Of a stretch of DNA of 64,000 nt, positions 19,614 through 29,722 are shown piece after piece. Under the pieces are notes generated by a model. The model was not told the DNA's origin. It saw only the letters and a list, made by a program, of their open reading frames with translations, and ran no database searches. How positions within the stretch are numbered: position 1 is the stretch's first letter; each line of letters opens with the position of its first letter. Source of the stretch: Fimbriimonadaceae bacterium (lineage in GTDB: Bacteria > Armatimonadota > Fimbriimonadia > Fimbriimonadales > Fimbriimonadaceae); NCBI GenBank assembly GCA_036502005.1, contig DASXZH010000075.1:10381-74380 (forward strand), in the 5' to 3' direction. The position numbers were made by a program, and so were the translations under genes.

Positions 19614-21212
19614 ATGTTAAAGTCATTGCCTGAAAAGGCCAATTTGGACCACCTTCGCGGCCAAGCGAAGGATCTTCTCTCTTCCTATCGAACTGGCGAT
19701 TCAACGGCAATTGCGCGTGTTGTGGTGCAGTTGCCCAACAAAGAGAATCGCAAAATCTCTCTTCATGATGCCCAGCGCGCGGTCGCGAAAGAGTACGGCT
19801 TCGAGAGTTGGCCAAAGCTGGTTCATCACGTTGACGAGCTTAATGCCAGACGCGGCATCACTCCCGCGATCGCGGAGCAGTTTATTAGCTTGGCTTTCTC
19901 GCACCGTAGCGAGGAAATCCGCAAACTCCTAAAGCTTTATCCGGGCCTGCCACGCTATAACAGGGAAACCGCTTTGGTATGGGGAAGTTTGGATTTTGTA
20001 CGAGGAAAGGTCTCACAAACCGAGATATTGGGCGAGAGAGGATGGACGCCAATAGAGTACGTTGCCTATTCTCGTGTTCACCAGGCATTCCCCGAGCGTT
20101 ATGAGCCATTGGAAACCTCCGCTCAATATCTTCTTGAAAACGGCGCAGACCCCAATTCGAGCCATAAAGGCGATGGGCCGGATTCGCCACCCCTTAGCGC
20201 CCTCTACGGTGCATCCGGCGAAAGCTTCCACAAGGGCATTGTTAAATTGCTGCTTGAGAAGGGAGCTAACCCCAACGATGGCGAATCGATCTATCATGCC
20301 GCGCAATACTTCCAGCCGGAAATCCTTCAGTTGCTGTTCGACCACGGCGCGAATATCTCCGACAAAACCAAAGAGTGGGGCAACACTCCAATATTCTTCC
20401 TTTGTGGCCACCGGCCATCTGATTCGCAATACGAAACTGCCGTGAACGGCATCGAGTGGTTTTTGCAACACGGCGCGGATCCCAATATCACCTCGTACAA
20501 CCACCAGAGCACGCCACTTCATGCCGCTGCGGGCCTTGGAGGAACCAGACTGGTCGATATTCTACTGGCCCACAAAGGTGACCCAAATGCCAAAAGGGCA
20601 GATGGCCGAACGCCTTATGAGATCGCCCTCGTTACAGGCAACAACTACGCTGCCGACGCCCTGCTAAAGGCTGGGGCAAAGCCAACCGAAGATCCCAAGA
20701 TCGAGTTCCTTGCCGCTGCTCTTGCCTCCGATAAGAACAAAACCGATCAACTATTAAAGGATCATGCAAACCTGCTCGAAGAACTCTCGTCGGAAGGCGG
20801 GCACGTTCTCGTTCGGTTGGCAGAACTCGGAAATGAAAAAGGGGTTGCCGCTTTACTGGCGGCGGGCTGCCCGCCAAATCTGCTGGACGACTCCAAAATA
20901 ACGCCCCTTCATTTCGCTTCTTATACCGGCAGGGCGGGCATTGTCCGTTTACTCCTGCAGGCTGGAGCACAAACCGAAATCAAGGACGGCAGCTACAATG
21001 CGCCGCCGCTCGGTTGGGCATTGCATGGGCTTTCGTTTAACCCGAACCCCAAGGGGGATTATTCTGGGGTCATTAAAGCGCTTCTAGGGGCCGGTGCTGA
21101 CCCGGCTCCTCTTAAGGAGTATTCAGAGGATCGTGAGCATATCCCGGAACAGGTAAGGCAGTTTGTTATGGAGTTAATGCGAGGCACTCTCACGAATGAA
21201 GTTTCTGGATGA
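19614..21212 (+). CDS. ankyrin repeat protein
   Basis: Repeated TPLH.AA..G....V..LL..GA.PN units (for example STPLHAAAGLGGTRLVDILLAHKGDPN and ITPLHFASYTGRAGIVRLLLQAGAQ). The N-terminal helical module contains SLHDAQRAVAKEYGFESWPKL. Confidence 0.8.
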   Translation: MLKSLPEKANLDHLRGQAKDLLSSYRTGDSTAIARVVVQLPNKENRKISLHDAQRAVAKEYGFESWPKLVHHVDELNARRGITPAIAEQFISLAFSHRSEEIRKLLKLYPGLPRYNRETALVWGSLDFVRGKVSQTEILGERGWTPIEYVAYSRVHQAFPERYEPLETSAQYLLENGADPNSSHKGDGPDSPPLSALYGASGESFHKGIVKLLLEKGANPNDGESIYHAAQYFQPEILQLLFDHGANISDKTKEWGNTPIFFLCGHRPSDSQYETAVNGIEWFLQHGADPNITSYNHQSTPLHAAAGLGGTRLVDILLAHKGDPNAKRADGRTPYEIALVTGNNYAADALLKAGAKPTEDPKIEFLAAALASDKNKTDQLLKDHANLLEELSSEGGHVLVRLAELGNEKGVAALLAAGCPPNLLDDSKITPLHFASYTGRAGIVRLLLQAGAQTEIKDGSYNAPPLGWALHGLSFNPNPKGDYSGVIKALLGAGADPAPLKEYSEDREHIPEQVRQFVMELMRGTLTNEVSG

Positions 21213-21327
21213 TTGAGAAGCAGGACAAGGGCCTACTGCCATCCGGTTTTTCAAAATCGAACTCTGCCCGTTGGGACATAACCATCTAGCTATTGCCGAA
21301 TTGCTTTAAAGCGAATTCAGCTGTGGT

Positions 21328-21416
21328 TTAGTTCAAATAGCGAAGCGTTGTCATCCCGAACGAGGCCGCTAGGCCGAATTAGGGACGAGTGCCGCCCGAA
21401 CCCGTTCCGGCAAATC
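21328..21416 (+). repeat. family-1 intergenic element, copy A (left part only)
   Basis: TTAGTTCAAATAGCGAAGCGTTGTCATCCCGAAC...AGGGACGAGTGCCGCCCGAACCCGTTCCGGCAAATC aligns nearly base for base with 24830-24920. Confidence 0.75.
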
Positions 21417-21505
21417 TCGCCTCCTTGTCCTTAATTTCAATAACCTTCCATCTCGATAGTGCTGGCGTCTAAAAGGGAGAAACTAACAAGTTTAAGGGGA
21501 GAAAC

Positions 21506-22132
21506 ATGTTCATACCAATAATCGCAGCGGCAATCGCACTGTCGCAAAACGGAATACCGCAACACAGGTCGGCTCATCAGCGAGTGGTGATTATTCCGTT
21601 CGTTTTTCGGGGCGGAACTCAGTCAGCAGTAGAAACCGGGCGGGAAACCGTTGACAAATTCTTCGAAAGAGCCGGATACGATCGCATTTCCATCAACAAA
21701 GAAGACATTCCTTGGTCAGCAAGCGTGAACCTCGTCGGAGACGGAAACGATCCGATGCCAAGGCTTCCGTCCGAGCAGGTCATGCGTAAAATCGGACAAA
21801 CCGAGCATGCGGATTTGGTAGTTGCTGGCGAGGTCTATTGGCACACCCGATCCATCTGGGTATCTCTTGGTCCAAAAACGAAAGCAACCGCTTATGTAAA
21901 CCTTAAAATGGTTGCCCTTGGCGATCATCCAGTCAGGACCCTGAACGTGCATGACGTGCAAGCAAGCGATACCGATGAAGAATCTGGCTTTGCAACGGCA
22001 GCTTCGATCTTAACCGGCGGACTTGTCACCGTCGTAAGCGGTGGCCCGGAAACGCCTCACCAGCAATTGGCGGCCCAAATCGCGCTCAGCAAAGCGTTCG
22101 AGCCTTGGCTTGAAGGGGCGATTGGGCATTGA
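21506..22132 (+). CDS. hypothetical exported protein
   Basis: 208 aa with a hydrophobic N-terminus (MFIPIIAAAIALS). RBS-like GGGGAGAAAC lies before the ATG. No motif recognised. Confidence 0.5.
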   Translation: MFIPIIAAAIALSQNGIPQHRSAHQRVVIIPFVFRGGTQSAVETGRETVDKFFERAGYDRISINKEDIPWSASVNLVGDGNDPMPRLPSEQVMRKIGQTEHADLVVAGEVYWHTRSIWVSLGPKTKATAYVNLKMVALGDHPVRTLNVHDVQASDTDEESGFATAASILTGGLVTVVSGGPETPHQQLAAQIALSKAFEPWLEGAIGH

Positions 22133-22159
22133 TTGATAGGCCTTAAGCCAGCTGAGGAA

Positions 22160-22249
22160 GTAAACGGTAAACGGTGGGAGGAAACTCCGATCTGTTTACT
22201 GTTTACTGTTCTCCGTTCTAAGTTCTACTTACTCCGTGCTCCGTACCGT
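22160..22249. repeat. period-7 tract with short hairpin
   Basis: GTAAACG x2 (22160-22173) faces GTTTACT x2 (22194-22207). These are followed in phase by GTTCTCC, GTTCTAA, GTTCTAC, TTACTCC, GTGCTCC. Confidence 0.7.
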
Positions 22250-22280
22250 TTCCTTCCCCTTTCATGTATTCTAAATAACC

Positions 22281-23861
22281 GTGAAAGGCCAACTCTGTCT
22301 AATCGTCGCTTTGTGTTGTATAACCGCCTACGCCCAGAACCCCAATGCGGGCGGACAAGGGCAAGGCCGCCAACGTAACCGGCAAGCCCAAACTCCTCCG
22401 CCTACGGAGCCCGGCACAGCCGCCGCCGAAGGTTTCTCGCCCACCGAGGGTATGCACGCAGCGCCGGTAAGTAAAGACTGGGTTACCACCACTCACACCT
22501 GGCACGGCCATGGCCAATCCGTAAACTACACCGCAACTTGCGGTTTTATCCCGATCAAAGATGACAGCGATGTCACCGAAGCGCAAATGTTCTTTGTCGC
22601 TTACACAAAAGATGGTGCAGATCGGCTTACTCGGCCCGTAACTTTTGCATTCAACGGCGGCCCGGGCTCATCATCAGTCTGGCTGCATATGGGCGCGCTT
22701 GGACCCCGACGCGCAAAGATGAACGAGGATGGCACCATGCCACCACCTCCATTTCAGATTGCTGACAACGAGGAAAGCTGGCTGCCTTCGACGGATATTG
22801 TCATGATCGACGCGGTTGGCACCGGCTACAGCCGGCCAACCAAGCCAGAACTAGGCGCAAAGTTTTACGGCCTGCAGGGCGATCTCGCCGCTTTTACCGC
22901 TTTCATTAAGGGCTATATATCTGAGGAAGGCCGATGGCGCTCACCGATCCTTGTCGCTGGCGAGAGCTACGGAGGGATTCGGGTTGCCGGTCTTAGCAAC
23001 TCTCTGCTTCAAGCTGGGGTCGCCGTTAACGGCATTATTTCGATTTCGGGAGTAATGAACTTTGGCACCATCGACCCGGCCAAGGATAACGACATCCCCT
23101 ACCTCAGTTACCTGCCAGCCGAATGCGCGACTGCGATGTATTTTCATAAGATCCCAGACGCAAACTTCAAGGGAACAATTGCCGCCTGCGAGGAGTTTGC
23201 CTCAGGCGAATACGCCGCTGCGCTCATGAAAGGCAATGGCCTTTCGGATGTGGCGAAGAAGCACATTGCAGCTAAGTTGGCTTCGTTTACAGGCCTCTCT
23301 CCCCTCTATATCGAACGATCCAACTTAAGGATCTCGCCTTTCGGTTTCAGGGCCGAACTCCTTCGCGACAATTGGGATATCATCGGCCGCTATGATGGGC
23401 GTATTGTGGGCCACAACTCCAACGGCGTTAGCCAAGGCGCAGAATATGATCCTTCAGATGCTGCCACGAGCCCAGTTTTCACAGCCGCTTTTAACGACTA
23501 CATCACCCACGAGTTGAACTTCCACACATCGGAGACCTATCGCATCACGGCCTATCGGCAGATCAACGGCTGGAACTACGGAACGGACGGCCAAACACCT
23601 GACACTTCCGAAATGCTGCGCCGCGCCATGGAACAGAACCCGTACATGAAGGTGTTGCTGTGCTGCGGCTGGTATGACCTCGCCTGTCCCTACTTCGGCA
23701 TGCGCTACGTTATGGATCACTTGGGTGAGCAGAAGAAGCTGGAAAAGAATATTAAGTTCCAATACTTCCCCGCCGGCCACATGCTTTATATCGATACCGT
23801 GAGCCGCCAGAAGTTCGGAAGGGACATTGCGGAGTTTATTACTTCGGCTACCGGGAGGTAG
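22281..23861 (+). CDS. peptidase S10 family serine carboxypeptidase-like protein, secreted
   Basis: GTG start with a signal peptide (KGQLCLIVALCCITAYAQ). FNGGPGSSSVWLHMGALGP and GESYGG (nucleophile Ser) motifs. 526 aa. Confidence 0.8.
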   Translation: MKGQLCLIVALCCITAYAQNPNAGGQGQGRQRNRQAQTPPPTEPGTAAAEGFSPTEGMHAAPVSKDWVTTTHTWHGHGQSVNYTATCGFIPIKDDSDVTEAQMFFVAYTKDGADRLTRPVTFAFNGGPGSSSVWLHMGALGPRRAKMNEDGTMPPPPFQIADNEESWLPSTDIVMIDAVGTGYSRPTKPELGAKFYGLQGDLAAFTAFIKGYISEEGRWRSPILVAGESYGGIRVAGLSNSLLQAGVAVNGIISISGVMNFGTIDPAKDNDIPYLSYLPAECATAMYFHKIPDANFKGTIAACEEFASGEYAAALMKGNGLSDVAKKHIAAKLASFTGLSPLYIERSNLRISPFGFRAELLRDNWDIIGRYDGRIVGHNSNGVSQGAEYDPSDAATSPVFTAAFNDYITHELNFHTSETYRITAYRQINGWNYGTDGQTPDTSEMLRRAMEQNPYMKVLLCCGWYDLACPYFGMRYVMDHLGEQKKLEKNIKFQYFPAGHMLYIDTVSRQKFGRDIAEFITSATGR

Positions 23862-23869
23862 CCGTCGCA

Positions 23870-23997
23870 GCCTTCGGCCTTAGGCCTTAGGGGAATGACG
23901 GGCTTCCGGCGCTCCGTTCCCTTCGGACCATAAGTCGATTCAGCAGTAAACTTCCCCACTCCGAATGCCTAAGGCCGAATGCCTAAGGCCGAATGCC
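23870..23997. repeat. period-7 inverted arms in a convergent spacer
   Basis: GCCTTCG-GCCTTAG-GCCTTAG (23870-23890) lies opposite CCGAATG-CCTAAGG x2.5 (23961-23997). CGGCCTTAGGCCTTAGG pairs with the right arm at 15 of 17 positions. Confidence 0.7.
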
Positions 23998-24000
23998 TTT

Positions 24001-24570
24001 CTATGCTCCAGCCGCCTGTGCAACTGCCATGCGTTTCGCCCTAACCTGGCCCATATGAGCCTCAACCGCCTGATTAAACAGCGAATCGCTCGGAATCAAG
24101 TTGTGCAAAGCGAAGTAACCAATGAGCTCGCCGCCGGCCTCGCCAAGCAAAGCTAGATTTTCCATCGATTCGTCGCTAACCTGCTCCTTTAGAAGCTTCC
24201 AACCTTCGCTGCTCACTAAGAATGAGAACGAGCTGCGGCCCGCCGTGCGGGTATAGATCTGCCAAACCATAACCACCCCTTCCGCGTTCTCACGCTGCTG
24301 AATCGTAACCCTATAGCGCTTATCGCGCGAGGTGTATTGAATCTGATAAGGCGTGAGTCTAAAGCAGGCAAACAGGCCGTCACGGGTGGAACAAGCCTGC
24401 CTCATAAGGATCATGAGCTTGTTAGAAAGCGAAGTTCCGCTCACTGGCTCGCGGCTATTTAAAAGCGGCCGTAACTCAGATAAAACAAGAATGGACCACG
24501 GGTGCTCAAACACCCGCGCTTGAACATCAAGCGCGCTGCAAAGGGAGGGGGAGAGAACGAGCGCTTTCAT
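24001..24570 (-). CDS. hypothetical protein (orphan, bracketed by repeats)
   Basis: 189-aa ORF with no recognisable motif. Coding-like composition. Flanked by heptamer arms on both sides. Confidence 0.5.
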   Translation of the reverse strand: MKALVLSPSLCSALDVQARVFEHPWSILVLSELRPLLNSREPVSGTSLSNKLMILMRQACSTRDGLFACFRLTPYQIQYTSRDKRYRVTIQQRENAEGVVMVWQIYTRTAGRSSFSFLVSSEGWKLLKEQVSDESMENLALLGEAGGELIGYFALHNLIPSDSLFNQAVEAHMGQVRAKRMAVAQAAGA

Positions 24571-24682
24571 CTACTACTGTTATTATTGTGTGGTTTTGGC
24601 AATCCTTGCATGGTAAAGGACGCGACTATCGGATATTTCGCTCTTTTCGATAATTAGAGGCGCGCCTGTTGAGAGGAGTTCC

Positions 24683-24707
24683 TGGCCTTTGGCATTCGGC
24701 ATTCGGG
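24683..24707. repeat. period-7 arm (GGCCTTT-GGCATTC-GGCATTC), partner at 25056-25089
   Basis: 19 of 23 positions are complementary to 25066-25088. The two arms enclose about 360 nt that contain family-1 copy B. Confidence 0.65.
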
Positions 24708-24829
24708 GCGATTTTGTCCGGGAATGTCCAGTGCTTGTCATCGCAAATGGAAAAGTCCGAAATCATCCGTGGTCCGGCTATTCAACAATGGCTTCGAAGC
24801 TACTACCTTAGGTTGATCACAGTTATGGC

Positions 24830-25002
24830 TTAGTTCAAATAGCGAAGCGTTGTCATCCCGAACAAGGCCCCTCGGGCCGACTGAGGGACGAGCGCCGCCC
24901 AAACCAGTTCCGGCAAATCGTTAAAGTATGGATCGCTCGCGGTCCAACACTTTAACGAATTGCGATTCAAAGTTTGGGTCCCTCGCTTCGCTACTGAACT
25001 AA
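24830..25002 (+). repeat. family-1 intergenic element, copy B (full length, MITE-like)
   Basis: 173 nt with terminal inverted repeats TTAGTTCAAATAGCGAAGCG (24830-24849) and CGCTTCGCTACTGAACTAA (24984-25002). Internal hairpin GCAAATCGTTAAAGT / ACTTTAACGAATTGC (24913-24927 / 24949-24963). Confidence 0.75.
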
Positions 25003-25055
25003 CCGATTCCGCACTTTACTAATCGCAATGAGAACGCCGCTAGGTGAAACGTCTC

Positions 25056-25089
25056 GGGCCTAAGGCCGAACACCGAATGCCTAAGGCCG
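25056..25089. repeat. period-7 arm (GCCTAAG-GCCGAAC-ACCGAAT-GCCTAAG), partner of 24683-24707
   Basis: Reverse complement CGGCCTTAGGCATTCGGTGTTCGGCCTTAGGCCC. It abuts the stop of the VWA gene. Confidence 0.65.
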
Positions 25090-25093
25090 TAAT

Positions 25094-27913
25094 CTATTCC
25101 CCCTCTTTCCGCTTCCTCTTCGCATCCAACAACTTATTCGTCATCGTCCCAGGGGCGGGGACGGCCGGCTCCCGAGGCTCACTCGGCCTTTTCACACTTT
25201 GCGAACCAACCGAAACGGGCCTAACTGGCTCACCCGAAGAACTCGTGTTCGCCCGCTGCTTCGCCTGATGTAGCCTGCCCACCGCTTCAGCAGCAGGCGC
25301 GGCCCTCTGCACATGACGTCGATGCCTTAACCATCCAACCACTTTCGCATACATCTCCGCGATCGGCAGAGCAATACGCCGAGAAGCGATATCCAAAGGC
25401 AGCAGCAGCGCTGCCAATAACAAACAAACGGCCCACAGATCCTGAATCGAATAGCCTGGCTGAGGCACACCCCGAAAAGCTTCGGCCGGCGAGGTTAACC
25501 CCTTCCCGCCGGTAGTTTTTGCCACCGTTTTCAGGAGCGGCAGGTTCGTTCTAAAGCTGCGATACTCTAGCGGATACGGAATGGAAAAGCCCGAAGCGCT
25601 GACCCGCTTTGTTCCGCTCGCATCGGTTTCCGCGATGCTCACAATGTAAGACCCAATCTGCCCCGCCGTAAAGTTGCCGCTGTATTGGCCCGGTGCGCTC
25701 TGCGTAAGTGACATATCCGCAGAGCTTCCATCCGGAGCGGAAACGATCACCCTTGCCGGCAGGTTGTTAACCGGGTTGCCATTGGCATCGCTCGCTTTTA
25801 GGCTCACTACTGCCTTAGCGCCTTCCAGCTTTGTCTCCAGTTGATATTGGTTGCTGGCCGCTCGACGGCTGATCTCACGAACCGCTTGCGCCCAAAAAGT
25901 GCCAAACCCGTCCCAGGGCACCCATTTCGCTGCCCATCGAGCCTGTGCGTCTGAAGTGAAAGCCAGGGTTGTCCCAAGTCCATACTGCCAAACGGCGAGG
26001 AGTGGATCATCTTTCGCCGTCTTCATTCCGGTACGGGCCAACGGCTTAAAATCCGTTAAATCGTAGGCCAGTAAAGGAGGAATTGTGCTTGAATCAATCC
26101 CTTTCAGGATCTCTTCACCCATGGAGACTTTCGGCAAAAACGCCCCTTCCTCAATCGCGGACCGAGCAACCATCGCTGCATCTTGCGTGAACACGGCGGG
26201 AAGCTGATTTCCGTGAAGGGCCAAGTAGAACCGCCCGCCCCCAACTGCCGCAAGCTGCTTTAAAAACGGCACGTATTGGCCGTCGCCGATAGCCACGCAA
26301 CTGGTGGTGATATGCTCGACGCGCATGCGTGCCGCCACTTCAAAACAGCCATCGCGAAGGTCGACATCCGAACCATCCGCCATCAAAATAAGGTGTCGAA
26401 CCTTGCTCTGCTCTAGCTCCAAATGAGCAATGGCAAAATCCATGGAAGGCTTCGCGTAAATGCCGCCGCCGCCCACATCCATTCGCATGATGTCGTGCAC
26501 CATCTGCGCCTTGTTTGACAGCTTCTGCATGGGTGCCACAAACTCGATCGCATCCGTGCTCGCGACCACCCCCGCCCGGTCCTGGGAAGACATCATTTGA
26601 ACGGTGAAAGCGGCCGCTTTCGCCGCGAGTTTCACCTTCATCACACCATCCTCGACCATGCCCATGCTGCCTGAGGTGTCGCAGATGATGAGCACCGAAG
26701 TGCTGGGGAATGAAACCCGCTTTTTAACTTCTAAATCGACGGGCAGGGTATCGGCTACCGGTGTTCCGAACCACCCTCCGGGCAGGAACGAATCTTCCCC
26801 GCCGATCATACCAAAGCCGATACCGGTATCGCGCACCGCGCTCTTCATTAGCTTCATCTGGTCAGGCGTAATGGGCTCAGCCGCCACATCGTTATAAAGG
26901 ACCGCATCGTAAGCTTGCAAGTCTTCGGCATGGGTTGGCGCGCCGTAAGGGCCGCTAACCACCGTGTCGATATTCTGCTGCCGCAAAGCTGCCGCCAGCG
27001 GGCTGCTCTGCGGTTTGCTTTGCAAAATCAGCACCTTGGGCTTGCCTCGCACGACAACAAAGCCAACCCCCACGTTGTTGCGTGTGTCGTGATCTCCCTG
27101 AGCTTCGATAGTCGCCCGATACCGGTGAAACCCAACCGTGTCCACCGCCTGATCGAAGGCGAAAGTATTCTCGCCAGGGCTCAACGTAACCTGCGACTTC
27201 TTTACTTCCAACCCATCGCGATCCAGGGAGAGAAGACCCTCCGTCGCGATATCGGAGCTAACGCTCACTTTAACCTGAAATGGCCGCCCTGAGCGGCTAT
27301 CGCTGGGAACTTGAAGTTCGTTAATTGCGACCTCGCCGCGGATTTCCGCTCCCAAAGGCACAAAGTCGATAGGCACATTTTCGGAAGCGGAAACTTCGGC
27401 CGCGCGTTCTACTTCCCCGCTCGTTTCGTTGCCGTCCGAAAGCAAAACCATCCGCCTAGACTTGCCATCGGGAAAAGTGGCACTGGCCAGCCGAACCGCT
27501 GCCGCGATGTCGGTCGCGCTGCCGTCTACCACCGAAGTCACCCGGTCGAGATTGGAAGTGGTGCTCGGCATCGTTTCGACCGTCGCGTCCTTCCCGAACA
27601 CAACGATTCCAACCTCATCGTCCGGTGCAAGATTGGATATCGACTTCTTGATGAAATCTTCCTGCTTGGATCGATCCTTATCTTGGATAGAATCCGACCT
27701 ATCCAAAAGGAAGATCGTGCAAAGTCCGTGGTTCTTGCGAAAAGCCTCTGGCCCCGCGAGGGCCACCACCAACAGACCAATCAATAAGAACCGAAGGAAA
27801 AACGCGAGCCTTTTTCGGGCCTTTAACATCCCATGAACGCGCGGGTAAGACAGAGCTAGCGCAATAAAAAACGGGATTAAGAGAAGCAAATAGAGGGGAT
27901 CGGAAAACCTCAT
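25094..27913 (-). CDS. BatA-N-terminal-domain protein with two von Willebrand factor A domains
   Basis: 939 aa. The N-terminal double-TM MRFSDPLYLLLLIPFFIALALSY is aerotolerance-regulator-N type. Two MIDAS motifs, FLLDRSDSI and LIICDTSGSM. C-terminal TM and a basic tail. Confidence 0.75.
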   Translation of the reverse strand: MRFSDPLYLLLLIPFFIALALSYPRVHGMLKARKRLAFFLRFLLIGLLVVALAGPEAFRKNHGLCTIFLLDRSDSIQDKDRSKQEDFIKKSISNLAPDDEVGIVVFGKDATVETMPSTTSNLDRVTSVVDGSATDIAAAVRLASATFPDGKSRRMVLLSDGNETSGEVERAAEVSASENVPIDFVPLGAEIRGEVAINELQVPSDSRSGRPFQVKVSVSSDIATEGLLSLDRDGLEVKKSQVTLSPGENTFAFDQAVDTVGFHRYRATIEAQGDHDTRNNVGVGFVVVRGKPKVLILQSKPQSSPLAAALRQQNIDTVVSGPYGAPTHAEDLQAYDAVLYNDVAAEPITPDQMKLMKSAVRDTGIGFGMIGGEDSFLPGGWFGTPVADTLPVDLEVKKRVSFPSTSVLIICDTSGSMGMVEDGVMKVKLAAKAAAFTVQMMSSQDRAGVVASTDAIEFVAPMQKLSNKAQMVHDIMRMDVGGGGIYAKPSMDFAIAHLELEQSKVRHLILMADGSDVDLRDGCFEVAARMRVEHITTSCVAIGDGQYVPFLKQLAAVGGGRFYLALHGNQLPAVFTQDAAMVARSAIEEGAFLPKVSMGEEILKGIDSSTIPPLLAYDLTDFKPLARTGMKTAKDDPLLAVWQYGLGTTLAFTSDAQARWAAKWVPWDGFGTFWAQAVREISRRAASNQYQLETKLEGAKAVVSLKASDANGNPVNNLPARVIVSAPDGSSADMSLTQSAPGQYSGNFTAGQIGSYIVSIAETDASGTKRVSASGFSIPYPLEYRSFRTNLPLLKTVAKTTGGKGLTSPAEAFRGVPQPGYSIQDLWAVCLLLAALLLPLDIASRRIALPIAEMYAKVVGWLRHRRHVQRAAPAAEAVGRLHQAKQRANTSSSGEPVRPVSVGSQSVKRPSEPREPAVPAPGTMTNKLLDAKRKRKEGE

Positions 27914-29722
27914 CTACGACTTCCTCATAAAAAGCCACCATTCCAAACTCAGCACGAATAAGGCGAACAGCACAAGCGGCTTCCACCAATCGAGCAGACG
28001 GCTCGTAACATCATTAGAAGCCACATTCAATCCGCCAAGCATGAGCTTGTCGACAGGGGCGATATTGGACTGCGAATCGTCACCGAAGGTGACATATATA
28101 GACCGGCTCGGCTTCGAATGAATATCATATCGCCCGACTGTATTTAAATCGCGAAGGATATATTGGCCGTTCGTCGGCGGCACCGTCAACGAATCCCCGT
28201 TTGGAGCGGTAATCGACAGATCCGAAGCGCCAGCGGGCAAGGCGATCATTCTCCCGGCGGGGACCGCTAGGTTGGAATTAAAAGTCTCTTTTGGAGCCAA
28301 GAAATCCAAAATGTTGCCGATGAAGATCGGGAAACTCACCTGTAACGGGAAGTCGGAATTCAAAGGCGCAAAAGCAGCATAAACGTGCCGTTGAACCCCA
28401 AGCGAGGCCACCAACAAAGGCCCATCGCTTCCCTGCACCAAAACTTCCGCATCGGGAGCAGCGATCACCCGTTGCGCCGAAGCAATAAAGGTTCCGCTTA
28501 AAGCGACGTTCTTTAGCAGGGGTGAATCCGACTGGGATTTTACGGTTGGTTTTGGTGTGGTCCCATTTACTTTAACGGGACTGCCTTGGCCCGCATTGCC
28601 CAAAGTAAGAACGCCAAGGGCGTTCACCGGCTGCTCTGGCACGTTGTCGAAAACCACCAAATCGTAATGACCTGTAGAAGGAACGCTCTCAGACTTATAC
28701 AAAACCACCCGGGGATCGAGACTTAGAGCCCGTTCTAAGAACAAGTCTCCCTTGCCAACGAGTAGCACGTTAAGGGTGCTCGCGCCCACTAAAGAAACGG
28801 CATAGTTATCGGCTGCCAAATGGTCGCCATCATCGAGCTTTGCCTCGATAACTTTGGCACCCGCCGGCGCCGGGAGGGTTTGCCCAAAGGTGGATTTCCC
28901 CTTCACGTCAACCTCGAACGAGTTGAACAACTTGCCATCGGCGTAAAGGTTCAGAACTCCTTTGGAATCTGAAAATCCATAGTTTTTTAGGCCACAAAAA
29001 ATCTGCGGCCCTTTGCTGGAGTCTGCTTGCCCTAGTGCCGTTACAGCCGTGTTGGCATCGGATGTGCCGATGTGCTGAAACTCAAGGTTCGCCCTGCCTG
29101 GGCTGAAATTTTGCACTTCCGGAAACACTCCGTCGGATAGTAAAACTATCCGCGCAGCAGGATCCTTTGAAACTAAAGAAGAGGCAAGCCTCAAAGCTTC
29201 TCCCACATCACCAACCGTGTCCGAGGGTTCCACCGAGTTCAAGGCTTGCCGCATTTTGCCCTGGTCATTGGAAAGGGGCGACAAAACTCGCGGGGTTGGC
29301 CCCGCTTCAATCAGGCTCAGCCTGTCCCCAGGGGTCGCCGCATCGATAATCTTCTTCGAGAGGCGTACCGCCTCACCCAATCGGTTCGGCTTCACGTCCG
29401 TTGCCGACATGCTCGCCGAACCGTCGATCACGATAACGGTAACCTGCCCGCTCAGGTTGTTCGACCTTATTTGAGGACGTGCAAAGGCAAAAACGACCAA
29501 CAGCAAAGCTAAAAGCTGCAACACCAAAAGCCAACTAAACCGAAGCTTCTGAATCAGCGAGTTGGCTCGCACCTCGGTCGTCATGTTCGGCCAAAGGAAG
29601 CTGGCGGGGACTTTGAACTCCTTCCGCCGCATCTTCAGCAGATAAAGCAAGATGATAATCCCAGCCAACGGAATCAGCCAAAACAGCGCGCCCGCATTAA
29701 CCAAATTCACGTGGAGAGCCAC
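27914..29722 (-). CDS. BatA-like VWA domain membrane protein
   Basis: N-terminal LFWLIPLAGIIILLYLLKMRRKEFKVPASFLWP (BatA_N type), MIDAS VIVIDGSASM, and a C-terminal TM. 602 aa. Confidence 0.75.
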   Translation of the reverse strand: MALHVNLVNAGALFWLIPLAGIIILLYLLKMRRKEFKVPASFLWPNMTTEVRANSLIQKLRFSWLLVLQLLALLLVVFAFARPQIRSNNLSGQVTVIVIDGSASMSATDVKPNRLGEAVRLSKKIIDAATPGDRLSLIEAGPTPRVLSPLSNDQGKMRQALNSVEPSDTVGDVGEALRLASSLVSKDPAARIVLLSDGVFPEVQNFSPGRANLEFQHIGTSDANTAVTALGQADSSKGPQIFCGLKNYGFSDSKGVLNLYADGKLFNSFEVDVKGKSTFGQTLPAPAGAKVIEAKLDDGDHLAADNYAVSLVGASTLNVLLVGKGDLFLERALSLDPRVVLYKSESVPSTGHYDLVVFDNVPEQPVNALGVLTLGNAGQGSPVKVNGTTPKPTVKSQSDSPLLKNVALSGTFIASAQRVIAAPDAEVLVQGSDGPLLVASLGVQRHVYAAFAPLNSDFPLQVSFPIFIGNILDFLAPKETFNSNLAVPAGRMIALPAGASDLSITAPNGDSLTVPPTNGQYILRDLNTVGRYDIHSKPSRSIYVTFGDDSQSNIAPVDKLMLGGLNVASNDVTSRLLDWWKPLVLFALFVLSLEWWLFMRKS

